The notes: a model not told the origin generated them from the letters alone. DNA of 53,421 bases from an uncultured Flavobacteriales bacterium (GCA_964489175.1 CAZAYA010000003.1:1-53421); one strand, 5' to 3'; positions 8,638-18,361 are shown, counted from the first letter of the stretch. Numbers and translations: made by a program.

Positions 8638-8640
8638 TTG
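8633..8640 (+). promoter_or_regulatory. Putative -7 promoter box for pyrE, implying a near-leaderless mRNA
   Basis: TACATTTG is an exact TAnnTTTG match ending 5 nt before the pyrE ATG at 8646. Confidence 0.3.
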
Positions 8641-8645
8641 ACGCC

Positions 8646-9308
8646 ATGGACCTGAGGGACGACTCCGCAGCAAAGGTAGCAGAATTCCTGCTCCAGATCA
8701 AAGCCATCGAGTTGAACCCTGAGGATCCCTTCAAATGGAGTTCAGGATGGCTTTCCCCGATCTATTGTGACAACAGGAAGACCCTTTCCTACCCGAAGAT
8801 CAGGACTTTCATCCGTCAACAATTCGTGGAGACCATTCAGGAACAGTACGGGAAACCGGACCTGATCGCCGGTGTGGCCACAGGGGGTATTGCCCAGGGA
8901 GTACTCGTAGCCCAGGAAATGGGGATCCCTTTCGCTTACATCAGGCCTCAGCCCAAAGAACACGGCAGGAAAAGTCAGATAGAGGGAGTCGTAGAGAACG
9001 GCTGGACAGTCGTTGTGATAGAAGACTTGATATCCACTGGCAACAGCAGCCTTTCAGCCGTCCAAGCGCTTCGGGAAGCAGGAGTGACCGTTAAAGGTAT
9101 GGCAGCCATCTTCAGTTATGGTTTCAGGAAAGCAGATGAACGTTTTGAAGAAGCCAAATGCCCGCTCATCACGCTTTCCGATTATTCCCACCTGATCCGG
9201 GAAGCCGTGAAGCGGAATTACATCCCGGAGAAAATGATAGCCACCCTTGAAGAATGGAGCCAGGATCCTGATGCCTGGACCCGGCAATACGAAGCCGATC
9301 ACAACTGA
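8646..9308 (+). CDS. pyrE: Orotate phosphoribosyltransferase
   Basis: 220 aa. PRPP-binding loop VVVIEDLISTGNSS and N-terminal FKWSSGWLSPIYCDNR, typical of PyrE. Confidence 0.93.
   Translation: MDLRDDSAAKVAEFLLQIKAIELNPEDPFKWSSGWLSPIYCDNRKTLSYPKIRTFIRQQFVETIQEQYGKPDLIAGVATGGIAQGVLVAQEMGIPFAYIRPQPKEHGRKSQIEGVVENGWTVVVIEDLISTGNSSLSAVQALREAGVTVKGMAAIFSYGFRKADERFEEAKCPLITLSDYSHLIREAVKRNYIPEKMIATLEEWSQDPDAWTRQYEADHN
8671..8702 (-). promoter_or_regulatory. Putative Bacteroidota promoter (TTTG-N20-TACCTTTG) for the NUDIX gene
   Basis: The minus strand has TTTG (8702-8699), a 20-nt spacer, then TACCTTTG (8678-8671), 33 nt upstream of the ATG at 8637. It lies inside the 5' end of the pyrE coding sequence. 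Confidence 0.45.
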
Positions 9309-9334
9309 TCGCGAACGCATTTCCATGGAAACCT

Positions 9335-9739
9335 ATGACGCGATTTGAAAGCCAGCATGTAACCGTTCCTAAAGATCAGGAATCCCTGTTCGAACAACTT
9401 TCCGACCTCCAGAACTTCAAGGACCTGCTCCCTGAGGACAAGATCGAGGACTGGAAAGCATCCCCTTCGGTCTGCACCTTCAAAGTAAAAGGAGCAGCCA
9501 AGATCGGACTGGAACTCAAGGAATCTCACCCCTATGATAAGATCGAGCTGAAAACAACGGACAAGACGCCTGTGGCTTTCACCATGGACATTCACCTCAA
9601 CAAGAAAGGGGAGCAGGAAGTGGAGGCCTACCTGACCTGTGAAGCGGACCTGAACCCTTTTATGAAAACCCTTATCGAAAAGCCGTTACGCAAGCTTTTC
9701 GACCATATTGCAGAACGCCTGGTCCAGGTCAATTCCTGA
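9335..9739 (+). CDS. SRPBCC-superfamily small protein
   Basis: 134 aa. The size, predicted mixed alpha/beta pattern and the N-terminal FESQHVTVPKDQESLFEQLSDLQNFKDLLPE resemble SRPBCC/polyketide-cyclase-like proteins. The assignment is from memory. Confidence 0.6.
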   Translation: MTRFESQHVTVPKDQESLFEQLSDLQNFKDLLPEDKIEDWKASPSVCTFKVKGAAKIGLELKESHPYDKIELKTTDKTPVAFTMDIHLNKKGEQEVEAYLTCEADLNPFMKTLIEKPLRKLFDHIAERLVQVNS

Positions 9740-10481
9740 AAGCTAATTCCTTAATGCTGCAATCCAGGTAACCGCCTCCCTCCTTCTCCAGGATAAGTCT
9801 TCCGGTAGGGTCCACATCCACGATCTTCGCCCGCAACGGGATATCTTTCCACAGGTAATCCGCCCAGGTATTCCTTAAAAAAAGGCGCTCCAGGTATAGC
9901 TCATGCTGTTCCTTTCGTTCTCCCCGCTTCAGCTGCAGGTACCGTTTCTCCAGATGAGAGCAAAGCGCCAACAAGACTTCCTCCATGCTGTTCCGCTTCC
10001 CGGTAGCCCTGTCAAGGGAAATACCTCCGTAAGCCTCATGGCCTTCGCCACCTACGTTCACACCAATCCCGACAACCGAAGAGGAGAGGACGCTGTTCCT
10101 CAACCAATTCTCGATGAGCAGGCCAGCAACCTTTCTCCCGTCTACCATCACATCGTTCGGCCATTTTACCATGACCTCCCTGCGCTGGTCCAAAAATTCC
10201 TTCAGCGTATCCGAAACCCCCAGGGACAATGCTTTGCTAAGGTCGAACTGACGTTCTGCGGGAATGAAGAACGGATAAAAGACAAAACTAACGGTCAGGT
10301 CTTTGTCCGGAGTGCTTTGCCAGCTCGTCCCCCATTGCCCCCTACCCTTACGCTGTTCTCTGGCAGTTATAAGAGCTCCCTCGGGAAGTTCCTTTTGTTT
10401 CAGCAAGGACGCCGCATATGCATTGGTAGAATCGACCACATCGAGGTCGGTCCTGAACATTCCGGTGAATAGTGTTCTCAA
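9729..10481 (-). CDS. birA: Biotin--[acetyl-CoA-carboxylase] ligase
   Basis: 250 aa. Contains the GRGQWGTSWQS (GRGRxGRxW-type) motif and KWPNDV. It has no N-terminal HTH, so it is a group I BPL. The start is TTG at 10481, with an alternative ATG 21 nt downstream. Confidence 0.88.
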   Translation of the reverse strand: MRTLFTGMFRTDLDVVDSTNAYAASLLKQKELPEGALITAREQRKGRGQWGTSWQSTPDKDLTVSFVFYPFFIPAERQFDLSKALSLGVSDTLKEFLDQRREVMVKWPNDVMVDGRKVAGLLIENWLRNSVLSSSVVGIGVNVGGEGHEAYGGISLDRATGKRNSMEEVLLALCSHLEKRYLQLKRGERKEQHELYLERLFLRNTWADYLWKDIPLRAKIVDVDPTGRLILEKEGGGYLDCSIKELAFRN

Positions 10482-10540
10482 TGTAGGAGCAATGAAGGGA
10501 ATGCGATCATCAAAGGAAACAAAGATCCTGCAATTTTGAT

Positions 10541-10548
10541 TAGTTTTG
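10541..10548 (+). promoter_or_regulatory. Putative -7 promoter box (TAnnTTTG) for rsfS-ftsH
   Basis: TAGTTTTG is an exact match 25 nt upstream of the rsfS ATG at 10574. Confidence 0.4.
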
Positions 10549-10573
10549 TTCTTCTTGTGAACACACCTTGTGA

Positions 10574-10966
10574 ATGAAGGAAGAAAGCGTTAAGAAAGAA
10601 ACTTCTGAAATATCCTCTGAGGAGCTAGCCGATTCCATCATCAGAGGGATGCAAGAAAAAAAAGCAGAACAGATCGTCCGTATCGATCTGCGGGATGTTC
10701 ACCAATCGATCTGTGATTATTTCGTGATCTGCCACGGCCGCTCCAACACTCAGATCGAAGGTATCGCCCGATCGGTGGAAGAGCAAACGCGCAAGGAATT
10801 AGGAGAAAAGCCCTGGCATACGGAGGGGAGAGAGAACGCCCAATGGGTGCTGCTGGATTACGTGAACGTAGTGGCCCACATTTTCGATGAAGAAGCCCGG
10901 AGTTTCTTCGATCTTGAAAGCCTGTGGGCCGATGCGATAGTTGAACCGATCGAACACCAGACCTGA
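10574..10966 (+). CDS. rsfS: Ribosome silencing factor RsfS
   Basis: 130 aa. Contains YFVICHGRSNTQIEGIARSVEE and WVLLDYVNVVAHIF, which are characteristic of RsfS/IojAP. Confidence 0.92.
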   Translation: MKEESVKKETSEISSEELADSIIRGMQEKKAEQIVRIDLRDVHQSICDYFVICHGRSNTQIEGIARSVEEQTRKELGEKPWHTEGRENAQWVLLDYVNVVAHIFDEEARSFFDLESLWADAIVEPIEHQT

Positions 10967-11017
10967 ACAAAAGCCACTGCTTTTGGTTAGACACAAAGAC
11001 CATTATCTGCACTGAGG

Positions 11018-13078
11018 ATGTCCGAGGAGAAGAACAACCAACAGTCCCCCTCCGGGGACGACCCCAAAAAGCGGTCCAATAAGCCCTTTAATTTCTACTG
11101 GATCTATGTGGTGATCGGCGTCGTGCTGATCTCCCTCAACCTTTTCACCTGGGATTCCCGCACCACGGAGATCAATCCCAAGGAATTCGAACAAATGGTG
11201 AAGGACGGGCAGGTAGAGAAGGTCCTGATCTACAATGAAGAAGAAGCTGAGGTCTTTCTCTCATCCGAAAGCCTTCAAAACAGTGAACATTCCGAGCGCA
11301 TCAATGATCCTCTCATTACCGGTTCCAAACAGCAGGGACCACACTACCACTTCAACATCGGCCCGCCCGAGACCTTCCAGCAAAGGCTGAACACCCTCCA
11401 GGACGACCATCAATTCGCCGTAGTCCACAAAACCCGGAGCGAATGGGGCAAGGAACTCCTTCAGTGGGTGATCTTCATCGGTATCATGGTCGCCATCTGG
11501 GTCTTTGTAATGAAACGGCTTGGCGGCGGCTCAAGTGCCGGGGGGCAGCTCTTCAACATCGGACGATCCAAGGCCAAATTGTTCGAGAAAGGAGAAAACA
11601 CCAATGTACAATTCAATGATGTGGCAGGATTGGACGAAGCCAAGGAAGAAGTCAAGGAGATCGTCGATTTCCTGAAACACCCCAAAAAATACACCGACCT
11701 GGGGGCCAAGATCCCCAAAGGAGCCCTGGTCGTCGGTCAGCCCGGTACAGGAAAGACCCTGCTGGCCAAAGCCGTGGCCGGAGAAGCCCAGGTTCCCTTC
11801 TTCTCGATCTCCGGGTCTGATTTCGTGGAAATGTTCGTAGGCGTAGGAGCCTCCCGGGTCCGGGACCTCTTTCGCCAGGCCCGAGAAAAAGCACCTGCCA
11901 TCGTCTTCATCGACGAGATCGATGCCATCGGAAGAGCCCGTGGCCGGTCGCAAAGCATGGGAGGGAACGATGAAAGGGAGAACACCCTCAACCAGCTGTT
12001 GTCCGAAATGGACGGCTTCGACCCCAGCAGCGGGGTGATCATCATGGCCGCATCCAACCGGGCCGAGATCCTGGACAAAGCCCTCCTCCGGCCAGGCCGC
12101 TTCGACCGGCAGATCTACGTGGACATGCCAGATCTGAACGAACGGCAACAGATCTTCAACGTCCACCTCAAACCGATGAAAGTAGATCCTTCCGTGGATG
12201 TAGATCTGCTCGCCCGGCAAACTCCCGGCTTTTCCGGTGCCGATATCGCCAACATATGCAATGAAGCCGCTCTCATCGCTGCCCGTCACGACAAAAAACT
12301 GATCGACAAAGATGATTTCCAGAGTGCGATCGACCGCATCATAGCTGGCCTGGAGAAAAGGAACAAACTGATCTCCAAAGAGGAAAAGAAGACCATCGCC
12401 TATCACGAAGCCGGCCATGCTACGGTCAGCTGGCTGCTCGAACATGCTTCCCCTCTGGTGAAGGTCAGTGTTATCCCCCGCGGAAGGTCTTTGGGCGCTG
12501 CCTGGTACCTACCGGAAGAAAGACAATTAAACACGACCGACCAACTGCTGGACGAAATGTGCGCTGCTCTGGGGGGAAGAGCCGCAGAAGAAGTCATCTT
12601 CAACAAGATCTCCACCGGTGCCATGAACGACCTGGAAAAAGTGACCAAACAAGCTTATGCGATGGTCACCATGTACGGACTCAACAAAAAGATCGGGCAC
12701 CGCAGCTATTACGATTCCACCGGCTCCCAGGAATACCAGTTCACCAAGCCCTATAGTGATGAGATGGCCAAGGAGATCGATGATGAAGTGGGAAAGACCA
12801 TCGAAGAAAATTATGAACGAGCACGAAAGATCCTGTTAGACAACAAGGACAAACTGGTGCAACTGGCCGAGCGATTGCTGAAAGAAGAAGTGATCTACAA
12901 AGAAGACCTGGAAAACATTTTCGGTACTCCTCCAAAAAACCAGGAGGCCGGAGAATCTTCATCCTCCCCTTCTTCCCAAACCTCCGGAGAACCTTCTCCA
13001 GAAAAGGAAGAGCAGGAAGAAACGCTCAAAGGATCCGATACAGTTCGCTATTCTTCCGGGGAAGAAAATGAGCATTAA
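11018..13078 (+). CDS. ftsH: ATP-dependent zinc metalloprotease FtsH
   Basis: 686 aa with two TM segments, Walker [14 protein letters not shown], Walker [10 protein letters not shown], the SRH region and the zinc motif HEAGHA. Confidence 0.98.
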   Translation: MSEEKNNQQSPSGDDPKKRSNKPFNFYWIYVVIGVVLISLNLFTWDSRTTEINPKEFEQMVKDGQVEKVLIYNEEEAEVFLSSESLQNSEHSERINDPLITGSKQQGPHYHFNIGPPETFQQRLNTLQDDHQFAVVHKTRSEWGKELLQWVIFIGIMVAIWVFVMKRLGGGSSAGGQLFNIGRSKAKLFEKGENTNVQFNDVAGLDEAKEEVKEIVDFLKHPKKYTDLGAKIPKGALVVGQPGTGKTLLAKAVAGEAQVPFFSISGSDFVEMFVGVGASRVRDLFRQAREKAPAIVFIDEIDAIGRARGRSQSMGGNDERENTLNQLLSEMDGFDPSSGVIIMAASNRAEILDKALLRPGRFDRQIYVDMPDLNERQQIFNVHLKPMKVDPSVDVDLLARQTPGFSGADIANICNEAALIAARHDKKLIDKDDFQSAIDRIIAGLEKRNKLISKEEKKTIAYHEAGHATVSWLLEHASPLVKVSVIPRGRSLGAAWYLPEERQLNTTDQLLDEMCAALGGRAAEEVIFNKISTGAMNDLEKVTKQAYAMVTMYGLNKKIGHRSYYDSTGSQEYQFTKPYSDEMAKEIDDEVGKTIEENYERARKILLDNKDKLVQLAERLLKEEVIYKEDLENIFGTPPKNQEAGESSSSPSSQTSGEPSPEKEEQEETLKGSDTVRYSSGEENEH

Positions 13079-13086
13079 CACTTCTC

Positions 13087-13296
13087 ATGGAACCGGACTG
13101 GGTGAAGATCCATAGCTCTCCCGACCTGTTCGAGGTGCAATTTCTCCGGTCACTCCTGCACGACAAAGGAATCAATGCCGTGGTACTCGATCAGAAGGAC
13201 TCCATATACCAATCCATTGGTTATGTGCATCTTTATGTGAACCGGGACGATGCCATGAAAGCCAAGAACCTGATCAGCAAACAGAACCTGGAATAG
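13087..13296 (+). CDS. DUF2007-like small protein (putative signal-transducing fold)
   Basis: 69 aa. The pattern W..I....D.FEVQFLRSLLHDKGINAVVLDQKDS...YV..DDA.KAK.LI resembles DUF2007. Confidence 0.65.
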   Translation: MEPDWVKIHSSPDLFEVQFLRSLLHDKGINAVVLDQKDSIYQSIGYVHLYVNRDDAMKAKNLISKQNLE

Positions 13297-14108
13297 TGTC
13301 TTCACTCATCCGACGAACGGTTACAGGGATCTTGTTCGTCGCAGTGCTGGTCGGGGCCATCCTCTGGAACGACCTTTCACTTGCGACAATCCTTCTGCTG
13401 GTCGCCCTACTGGGGACCTGGGAATTTCTCAAGACCTTCCGCAATGCAGGAATTGCGATCCAGACGCTTCCTTGCTTTCTGCTGGCACTGGTCGCCTATA
13501 TCCTTCCCACCGGCATTTTGTTCGAGCTGTGGACCATCGAATGGCTGCTGCTGCTACTGCCAGCCTTCCTGCTGGTACCGATCACAGAACTCTTCCGCAA
13601 CAAAAAGGAACCCTTCAGCAACATCGGCCTCACCCTTCTTCCCAGTATCTACCTGGCCCTTCCGGCCAGCCTTGCCAACCACATCGACCCTCTGGCCGGC
13701 GACCCGGACCACAACTACGTCACCCTTGGTGTCTTCATCCTGATCTGGTCCCACGATACAGGTGCGTATGTTTCAGGGAAATTGCTGGGCAAGCACAAAC
13801 TGCTCGAAAGGATATCCCCTGGAAAGACCTGGGAAGGCAGCATCGGAGGAACCTTGCTTTGCCTGGGAGCAGGATATATGCTTTCCACCTATACTCCCCT
13901 TCTCGCTTTGCACGAATGGGCGATCATGGCCCTGCTCATCGCTATATTCGGAACATTCGGCGACCTGACCATTTCCCTCCTGAAAAGGGGTTTCGGACTG
14001 AAGGACTCAGGGAAACTCCTCCCCGGTCACGGTGGGATCCTGGACCGATTCGATGCATTCCTTTTCGCTGTGCCGATGGTAGTCTTCTACCTGGCCCTTT
14101 TCCGCTGA
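13296..14108 (+). CDS. cdsA: Phosphatidate cytidylyltransferase
   Basis: 270 aa polytopic membrane protein with the C-terminal CTP-transferase signature SLLKRGFGLKDSGKLLPGHGGILDRFDAFLF. The GTG start overlaps the upstream stop (TAGTG). Confidence 0.93.
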   Translation: MSSLIRRTVTGILFVAVLVGAILWNDLSLATILLLVALLGTWEFLKTFRNAGIAIQTLPCFLLALVAYILPTGILFELWTIEWLLLLLPAFLLVPITELFRNKKEPFSNIGLTLLPSIYLALPASLANHIDPLAGDPDHNYVTLGVFILIWSHDTGAYVSGKLLGKHKLLERISPGKTWEGSIGGTLLCLGAGYMLSTYTPLLALHEWAIMALLIAIFGTFGDLTISLLKRGFGLKDSGKLLPGHGGILDRFDAFLFAVPMVVFYLALFR

Positions 14109-14118
14109 ATTCCTCTCA

Positions 14119-15222
14119 TTACAAGCCCCGTGTCAGGGTCTTCACCACACGGAATTCTGAAAGGAACTCCTTGGCTACGATCCGGATGAAGATGTAGCCC
14201 GGAACAGCCAGGATCATACCAGTGATGCCGGCTAACGTCGCCCCAATGAGGATCACGATGAAGATCTCCAGCGGATGAGCTTTGGCGCTGCGCGAAAAGA
14301 TGAGAGGCTGGAACAGAAAATTGTCCATCAGTTGCACCACGATGAATACCAGCAGGATCTTTCCACACAGGGGCAGCATACCCGAATAGAAATCCAGCTC
14401 CAGATTGGTGGTTATCCCCACCACCACAGCCAATACAGCTCCCAGTACCGGCCCCAGATAAGGTACGATGTTGATCAGGCCAGCGATGAATCCGATCACA
14501 ATAGCATTCTCTATCCCCACAATGCTCAAGCCGATCCCCACTACCGTCATCACTCCGATCACCTGTAGTAATATTCCCACGAAATAACGCGTCAGCAGAT
14601 GCTTGGTATTGGTAAGGACCCGCATTACTCTTTCTTCAGCGGATGCAGGGGTGATCTCCAGCACCAAATTACCGACCATATGCTTGTCTTTGAGGAAAAA
14701 GAAGGTCATGAAAAAGATGGAAAAAAAGGTGATGAAGATCCCCCCCAACTTACCCACCAACGTTCCGAAGAAAGAAGGAATATCTCCCACCCGGATAACG
14801 CCGGCAAGCTGCTCCTGAATGATCATGGGAAGAGAGATGTTCTCGACCAGTTTATTCTCCTCTAACCAATGCTCAAACCCTTTCAAAGGCTCCTGAAGGC
14901 TGAAGATCACTTCACTGATACGGACCTGGGAAAGGATCCTGATCTCTTGCACGACCAAAGGGATGAACAAACTCACAAATCCTACGAATACCAGCAGGTA
15001 GATAACGATCGTGATCAATGCGCACACAGCAGGCGGCAAACGGAAACCCCTGATAGATACCCGCTCCAGGAAGTTCATTAACGGACGGCCGATCAGGGTG
15101 AGTACAACAGCCACCAACAAGTAAAAAAGGATGGCCCGGAGGTACCAAAGGGCTCCGATCAGGGCGATCAACCCGATAATAACCAGAACAGCCTTCACCG
15201 TTTTATTCATGACATCCGGCAT
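14119..15222 (-). CDS. AI-2E family transporter (PerM/UPF0118)
   Basis: 367 aa with about 8 TM segments. The C-terminal half (VPYLGPVLGAVLAVVVG ... QLMDNFLFQPLIFSRSAKAHPLEIFIVILIG) is typical of the AI-2E family. Confidence 0.85.
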   Translation of the reverse strand: MPDVMNKTVKAVLVIIGLIALIGALWYLRAILFYLLVAVVLTLIGRPLMNFLERVSIRGFRLPPAVCALITIVIYLLVFVGFVSLFIPLVVQEIRILSQVRISEVIFSLQEPLKGFEHWLEENKLVENISLPMIIQEQLAGVIRVGDIPSFFGTLVGKLGGIFITFFSIFFMTFFFLKDKHMVGNLVLEITPASAEERVMRVLTNTKHLLTRYFVGILLQVIGVMTVVGIGLSIVGIENAIVIGFIAGLINIVPYLGPVLGAVLAVVVGITTNLELDFYSGMLPLCGKILLVFIVVQLMDNFLFQPLIFSRSAKAHPLEIFIVILIGATLAGITGMILAVPGYIFIRIVAKEFLSEFRVVKTLTRGL

Positions 15223-15276
15223 GGAACGGGGTTAAAGGTAATGCTTTGCCAAACCTTCAGAAAGAAAAACTACCGG

Positions 15277-16536
15277 TCAGGTCTTTCGTTTCTTTTTCTT
15301 GGCCGCAGGGAACAGAATGTTATTCAGGATCAGTCGGTATCCCGGGGAGTTGGGATGAAGGTCGAGGTCGGTGTGGGGGTCTCCCACATAATGCTTGTAA
15401 TCTTCCGGGTCATGGCCGCCATAAAAAGTCCACTGCCCTTTCCCGAAAGTACCATGGATGTACTTGGCAGTATTCAGGGCTTTGGTCTCCCCCATGATCA
15501 ACACTTCCGGTTTGATGAATTCCTTGTGAAAGCTGGTGGTCTGCCCCATGAACCCATCGATCACCTTCGTGTGGTTCTGGGTGAGAATGGTAGGAACGAT
15601 ATCCCATTTGGCGGAAAAATCGAACAAAGTGAACTTATCCTGCGACTTGGGAGTGCGGTTATGCAACTGGCTCGCATCGATCGAAGAGAATTCGTACTGC
15701 ATGGGATCCATGTTCAACTTGAACTCCTCAAAAGCAAAGGTATTATTGAAATCCAGCAATGACTGGGCATTCGGTTCAGCAGGATCGCCATCGAACATCT
15801 GTTCACAGATATCCACGTTCTTGGCAGCCAGCGCTATATCATAGGTATCCGTTCCCGAACACATGGTGAACAGGAATCCACCTCCTGCAGTGTACTCCCG
15901 TATCTTGAGCGCCACCCCCAATTTAAGCTGGGAGACTTTACTGAAGCCCAGCTCATGCGCCATCTTTTCCGATTCCCTGACCTGTTCCTGGTACCAGGCC
16001 GTATGGCGATACGCTCTGTAGAACTTGCCGTATTGCCCAGTAAAATCCTCATGGTGAAGATGAAGCCAGTCGTATTCCGGCAATTCCCCGTTGATCACCT
16101 CCCGGTCATAGATCACATCATAAGGGATCTCAGCATAAGTAAGGACCAGTGTTACCGCATCATCCCAGGGCTGTTTACTCTTGGGGGAATACACGGCAAG
16201 CTCAGGAGCGGTCTGCAATTTCACTGCCTTCATATTGGCTTCCGGGTTCCCGATCTCATTGAGGATCTTCTGGGCCTGCACATCCGCAATCACTTTGTAG
16301 CTCACCCCCCGGATGGTACACTCATCCTGAACTTCCTTTATATTCTGCAATAGAAAACTCCCCCCCCTGTAATTCAGCAGCCATTGGACTTCCACCTCTT
16401 GTTGAAGGATCCAATAAGCGATACCATAGGCCTTCAGATGATCCTTCTGCGACCCGTCCATCGGGATCAGGATCCTGGAGGCCTGAGCCAGGGTGACAAG
16501 GCAAAAGAAAACAATGGAAAGTAACCAGCGGGCCAT
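15277..16536 (-). CDS. Secreted conserved hypothetical protein
   Basis: 419 aa with the signal peptide MARWLLSIVFFCLVTLAQA. From memory, homologues in Bacteroidota are often labelled asparagine synthetase B-like. I cannot verify that and see no catalytic motif I trust. Confidence 0.75.
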   Translation of the reverse strand: MARWLLSIVFFCLVTLAQASRILIPMDGSQKDHLKAYGIAYWILQQEVEVQWLLNYRGGSFLLQNIKEVQDECTIRGVSYKVIADVQAQKILNEIGNPEANMKAVKLQTAPELAVYSPKSKQPWDDAVTLVLTYAEIPYDVIYDREVINGELPEYDWLHLHHEDFTGQYGKFYRAYRHTAWYQEQVRESEKMAHELGFSKVSQLKLGVALKIREYTAGGGFLFTMCSGTDTYDIALAAKNVDICEQMFDGDPAEPNAQSLLDFNNTFAFEEFKLNMDPMQYEFSSIDASQLHNRTPKSQDKFTLFDFSAKWDIVPTILTQNHTKVIDGFMGQTTSFHKEFIKPEVLIMGETKALNTAKYIHGTFGKGQWTFYGGHDPEDYKHYVGDPHTDLDLHPNSPGYRLILNNILFPAAKKKKRKT

Positions 16537-16551
16537 AATAAAAGGGTATCA

Positions 16552-16581
16552 CCTCAGGTCAAAACTAACGCACTCCTGAGG
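16552..16581 (-). terminator. Hairpin downstream of dnaB, a possible terminator
   Basis: 7-bp inverted repeat CCTCAGG/CCTGAGG with a 16-nt loop, 46 nt after the dnaB stop and followed on the minus strand by ...CCCTTTTATT. The loop also contains the -7 box of the next gene. Confidence 0.3.
16560..16567 (-). promoter_or_regulatory. Putative -7 promoter box (TAnnTTTG)
   Basis: The minus strand reads TAGTTTTG, 23 nt upstream of the ATG at 16536. Confidence 0.4.
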
Positions 16582-16626
16582 CATTTGCAAGGGCAACGTC
16601 CAGCGGGCGAATTTTGTTGTAAGGGA

Positions 16627-18210
16627 TCAGAAAGGAGGCTCTCCCCCCCCACCATCGCCTGGGCGGAAGCCCCCGGGGCTTTCATTACCGGAATTATCCC
16701 CGGGATCGTTCTCGTTCATTTTCGAGGAACGGGTAATAGTCTGCGGGGAATCATCAAAATCGGTATTAGGGTCGAGATCCCCGAAGCCTTCGAAGGTCTC
16801 GTCCATGTCCTCGAACTTGGCCATGTTGGCGATAAATTTGAGGGGCACGGAATCCAGAGGACCGTTCCGGTGTTTAGCAATGATGATCTCGGCCATGTTC
16901 TGGGTGGGTCTTCCTTCCTCGTCCTCGGTAAGGCCATAATATTCCGGACGATAGATGAAAGAAACAATGTCTGCATCTTGCTCGATGGCCCCGGATTCCC
17001 GAAGGTCGGAGAGCTGAGGGCGTTTATCCCCACCCCGGGTCTCCACAGCCCGGCTCAACTGAGAAAGGGCGATAATGGGAACATTGAGTTCCTTGGCGAT
17101 GCTCTTAATGGACCGGGAAATGGTACTGATCTCCTGTTCCCTGTTACCTTTATCTGCACCCGCGGTCATAAGCTGGAGGTAATCGATGATGATGAGCTGA
17201 ACATCGTGTTGTTGCACCAACCGCCGGCATTTGGCCCGCAATTCGAAAACGGAAAGAGCCGGCGTATCGTCGATGTACAAAGGAGCTTCCGAAAGGCCTT
17301 TGACCTTTTCGTTCAATTGGTGCCACTCATGATCGGCCAATTCCCCTTTCTTGAGCTTTTCACTGGAAAGCCCCGTTTCACTGGCGATCAAACGATTGAC
17401 CAACTGCAGGGAGGACATCTCCAGAGAGAAGACTCCGACCGGCTTTTTAAACCGGACCGCGGTGTTGCGGGCCATAGAAAGCACGAATGCCGTTTTCCCC
17501 ATTCCCGGTCGGGCGGCCAGGATGACGAGATCCGAACGCTGCCAGCCAGAAGTAAGCCGGTCCAGGGCCTTGAAACCACTCTCCACTCCACTGATCCCTT
17601 CTTCATGGTCCTTGGCCTTTTCGATCTCCTCGATCGCTTCGACCACCAGGTTGTCGACCTTATCGAAATTCTTCCGAATGTTCCCCTGGGCAACAGCGAA
17701 AAGATCGCTCTCGGCCCTGTCCAGCAAGTCAAAAACATCGGTAGCATCTTCATAAGCGGTCTTGATGGTCTCCGAGGAGATCCGGATGAGTTCCCGCTGG
17801 ATGTGCTTCTGGGCAACGATCCTGGCGTGGTATTCCACATTGGCGCCAGATCCCACACGATCAGTCAACTGACTGATGAAATAAGGTCCTCCCACGACCT
17901 CCAGCTCTCCCACCTTCTTGAGTTGATCGGTCACGGTAAGGATATCGACCGGCTCCGACCGTTCAAAGATATCCTTAATGGCTCCGAAGATCTTCTGATG
18001 CGCTTCCTTGTAAAAGCTTTCCTGTTTGAGGATATCGATGGCTTCTGTTACCGCATCGCGTTCCAGCATCATAGCTCCGAGCACTGCCTCTTCCAGCTCT
18101 ACCGCCTGGGGAGGTAGTTTGGCATTATCGAATCCACTCCTGTCACCTGAAGCAGCAGTGCGGGCCGCTTTTTGCTTCACCTCTTTGATCTTATCGGAAA
18201 GCTCGTCCAT
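16627..18210 (-). CDS. dnaB: Replicative DNA helicase DnaB
   Basis: 527 aa. The N-terminal domain carries PPQAVELEEAVLGAMM, Walker A is ARPGMGKTAFVLS, Walker B is LIIIDYLQLM, and the arginine-finger region is SQLSRAVETRGG. A Gly/Asp/Pro-rich C-terminal tail of about 70 aa follows. Confidence 0.98.
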   Translation of the reverse strand: MDELSDKIKEVKQKAARTAASGDRSGFDNAKLPPQAVELEEAVLGAMMLERDAVTEAIDILKQESFYKEAHQKIFGAIKDIFERSEPVDILTVTDQLKKVGELEVVGGPYFISQLTDRVGSGANVEYHARIVAQKHIQRELIRISSETIKTAYEDATDVFDLLDRAESDLFAVAQGNIRKNFDKVDNLVVEAIEEIEKAKDHEEGISGVESGFKALDRLTSGWQRSDLVILAARPGMGKTAFVLSMARNTAVRFKKPVGVFSLEMSSLQLVNRLIASETGLSSEKLKKGELADHEWHQLNEKVKGLSEAPLYIDDTPALSVFELRAKCRRLVQQHDVQLIIIDYLQLMTAGADKGNREQEISTISRSIKSIAKELNVPIIALSQLSRAVETRGGDKRPQLSDLRESGAIEQDADIVSFIYRPEYYGLTEDEEGRPTQNMAEIIIAKHRNGPLDSVPLKFIANMAKFEDMDETFEGFGDLDPNTDFDDSPQTITRSSKMNENDPGDNSGNESPGGFRPGDGGGGEPPF

Positions 18211-18250
18211 ATAATGGTCTTATCAACACGTTCGTTTCGGAAAAGGACAC

Positions 18251-18258
18251 CAAAGATA
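18251..18258 (-). promoter_or_regulatory. Putative -7 promoter box (TAnnTTTG) for dnaB
   Basis: The minus strand reads TATCTTTG, 40 nt upstream of the dnaB ATG at 18210. Confidence 0.4.
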
Positions 18259-18361
18259 GTACAGGGGCAGAGGTTTGTCCCTGCCGGATCGCTGAAAAGG
18301 ATCCACAAGTTTTCCAATGAAGTTATTCACAATTGTTGATCACTGAAGTACTTGCCAGCGA

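Noticed and set aside
13381-14197. ORFs 13381..13743 and 13472..14197 in alternative frames of cdsA.
   Set aside because: The translations are Arg/Pro/Ser-rich with no features, and cdsA carries its full signature in the annotated frame.
16585-18117. A 510-aa plus-strand ORF, the second-longest plus-strand ORF outside the real genes, lying entirely antisense to dnaB.
   Set aside because: It is exactly codon-aligned with dnaB: both frames have codon boundaries at positions congruent to 1 mod 3. Its stops could therefore arise only from the sense codons TTA, CTA or TCA, which this genome avoids in housekeeping genes. The translation is low-complexity (G/R/L/D/F-rich) with no motifs, whereas the dnaB frame has every helicase motif.
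18299-18331. DnaA-box-like sequences upstream of dnaB: TTATTCACA at 18323-18331 (fits TTATNCACA) and GGATCCACA at 18299-18307.
   Set aside because: There is only one consensus match. An 8-position motif is expected about once or twice by chance in 2 x 53 kb. No AT-rich unwinding element, box cluster or dnaA gene lies nearby, so this is not an origin and is at best a weak regulatory guess.
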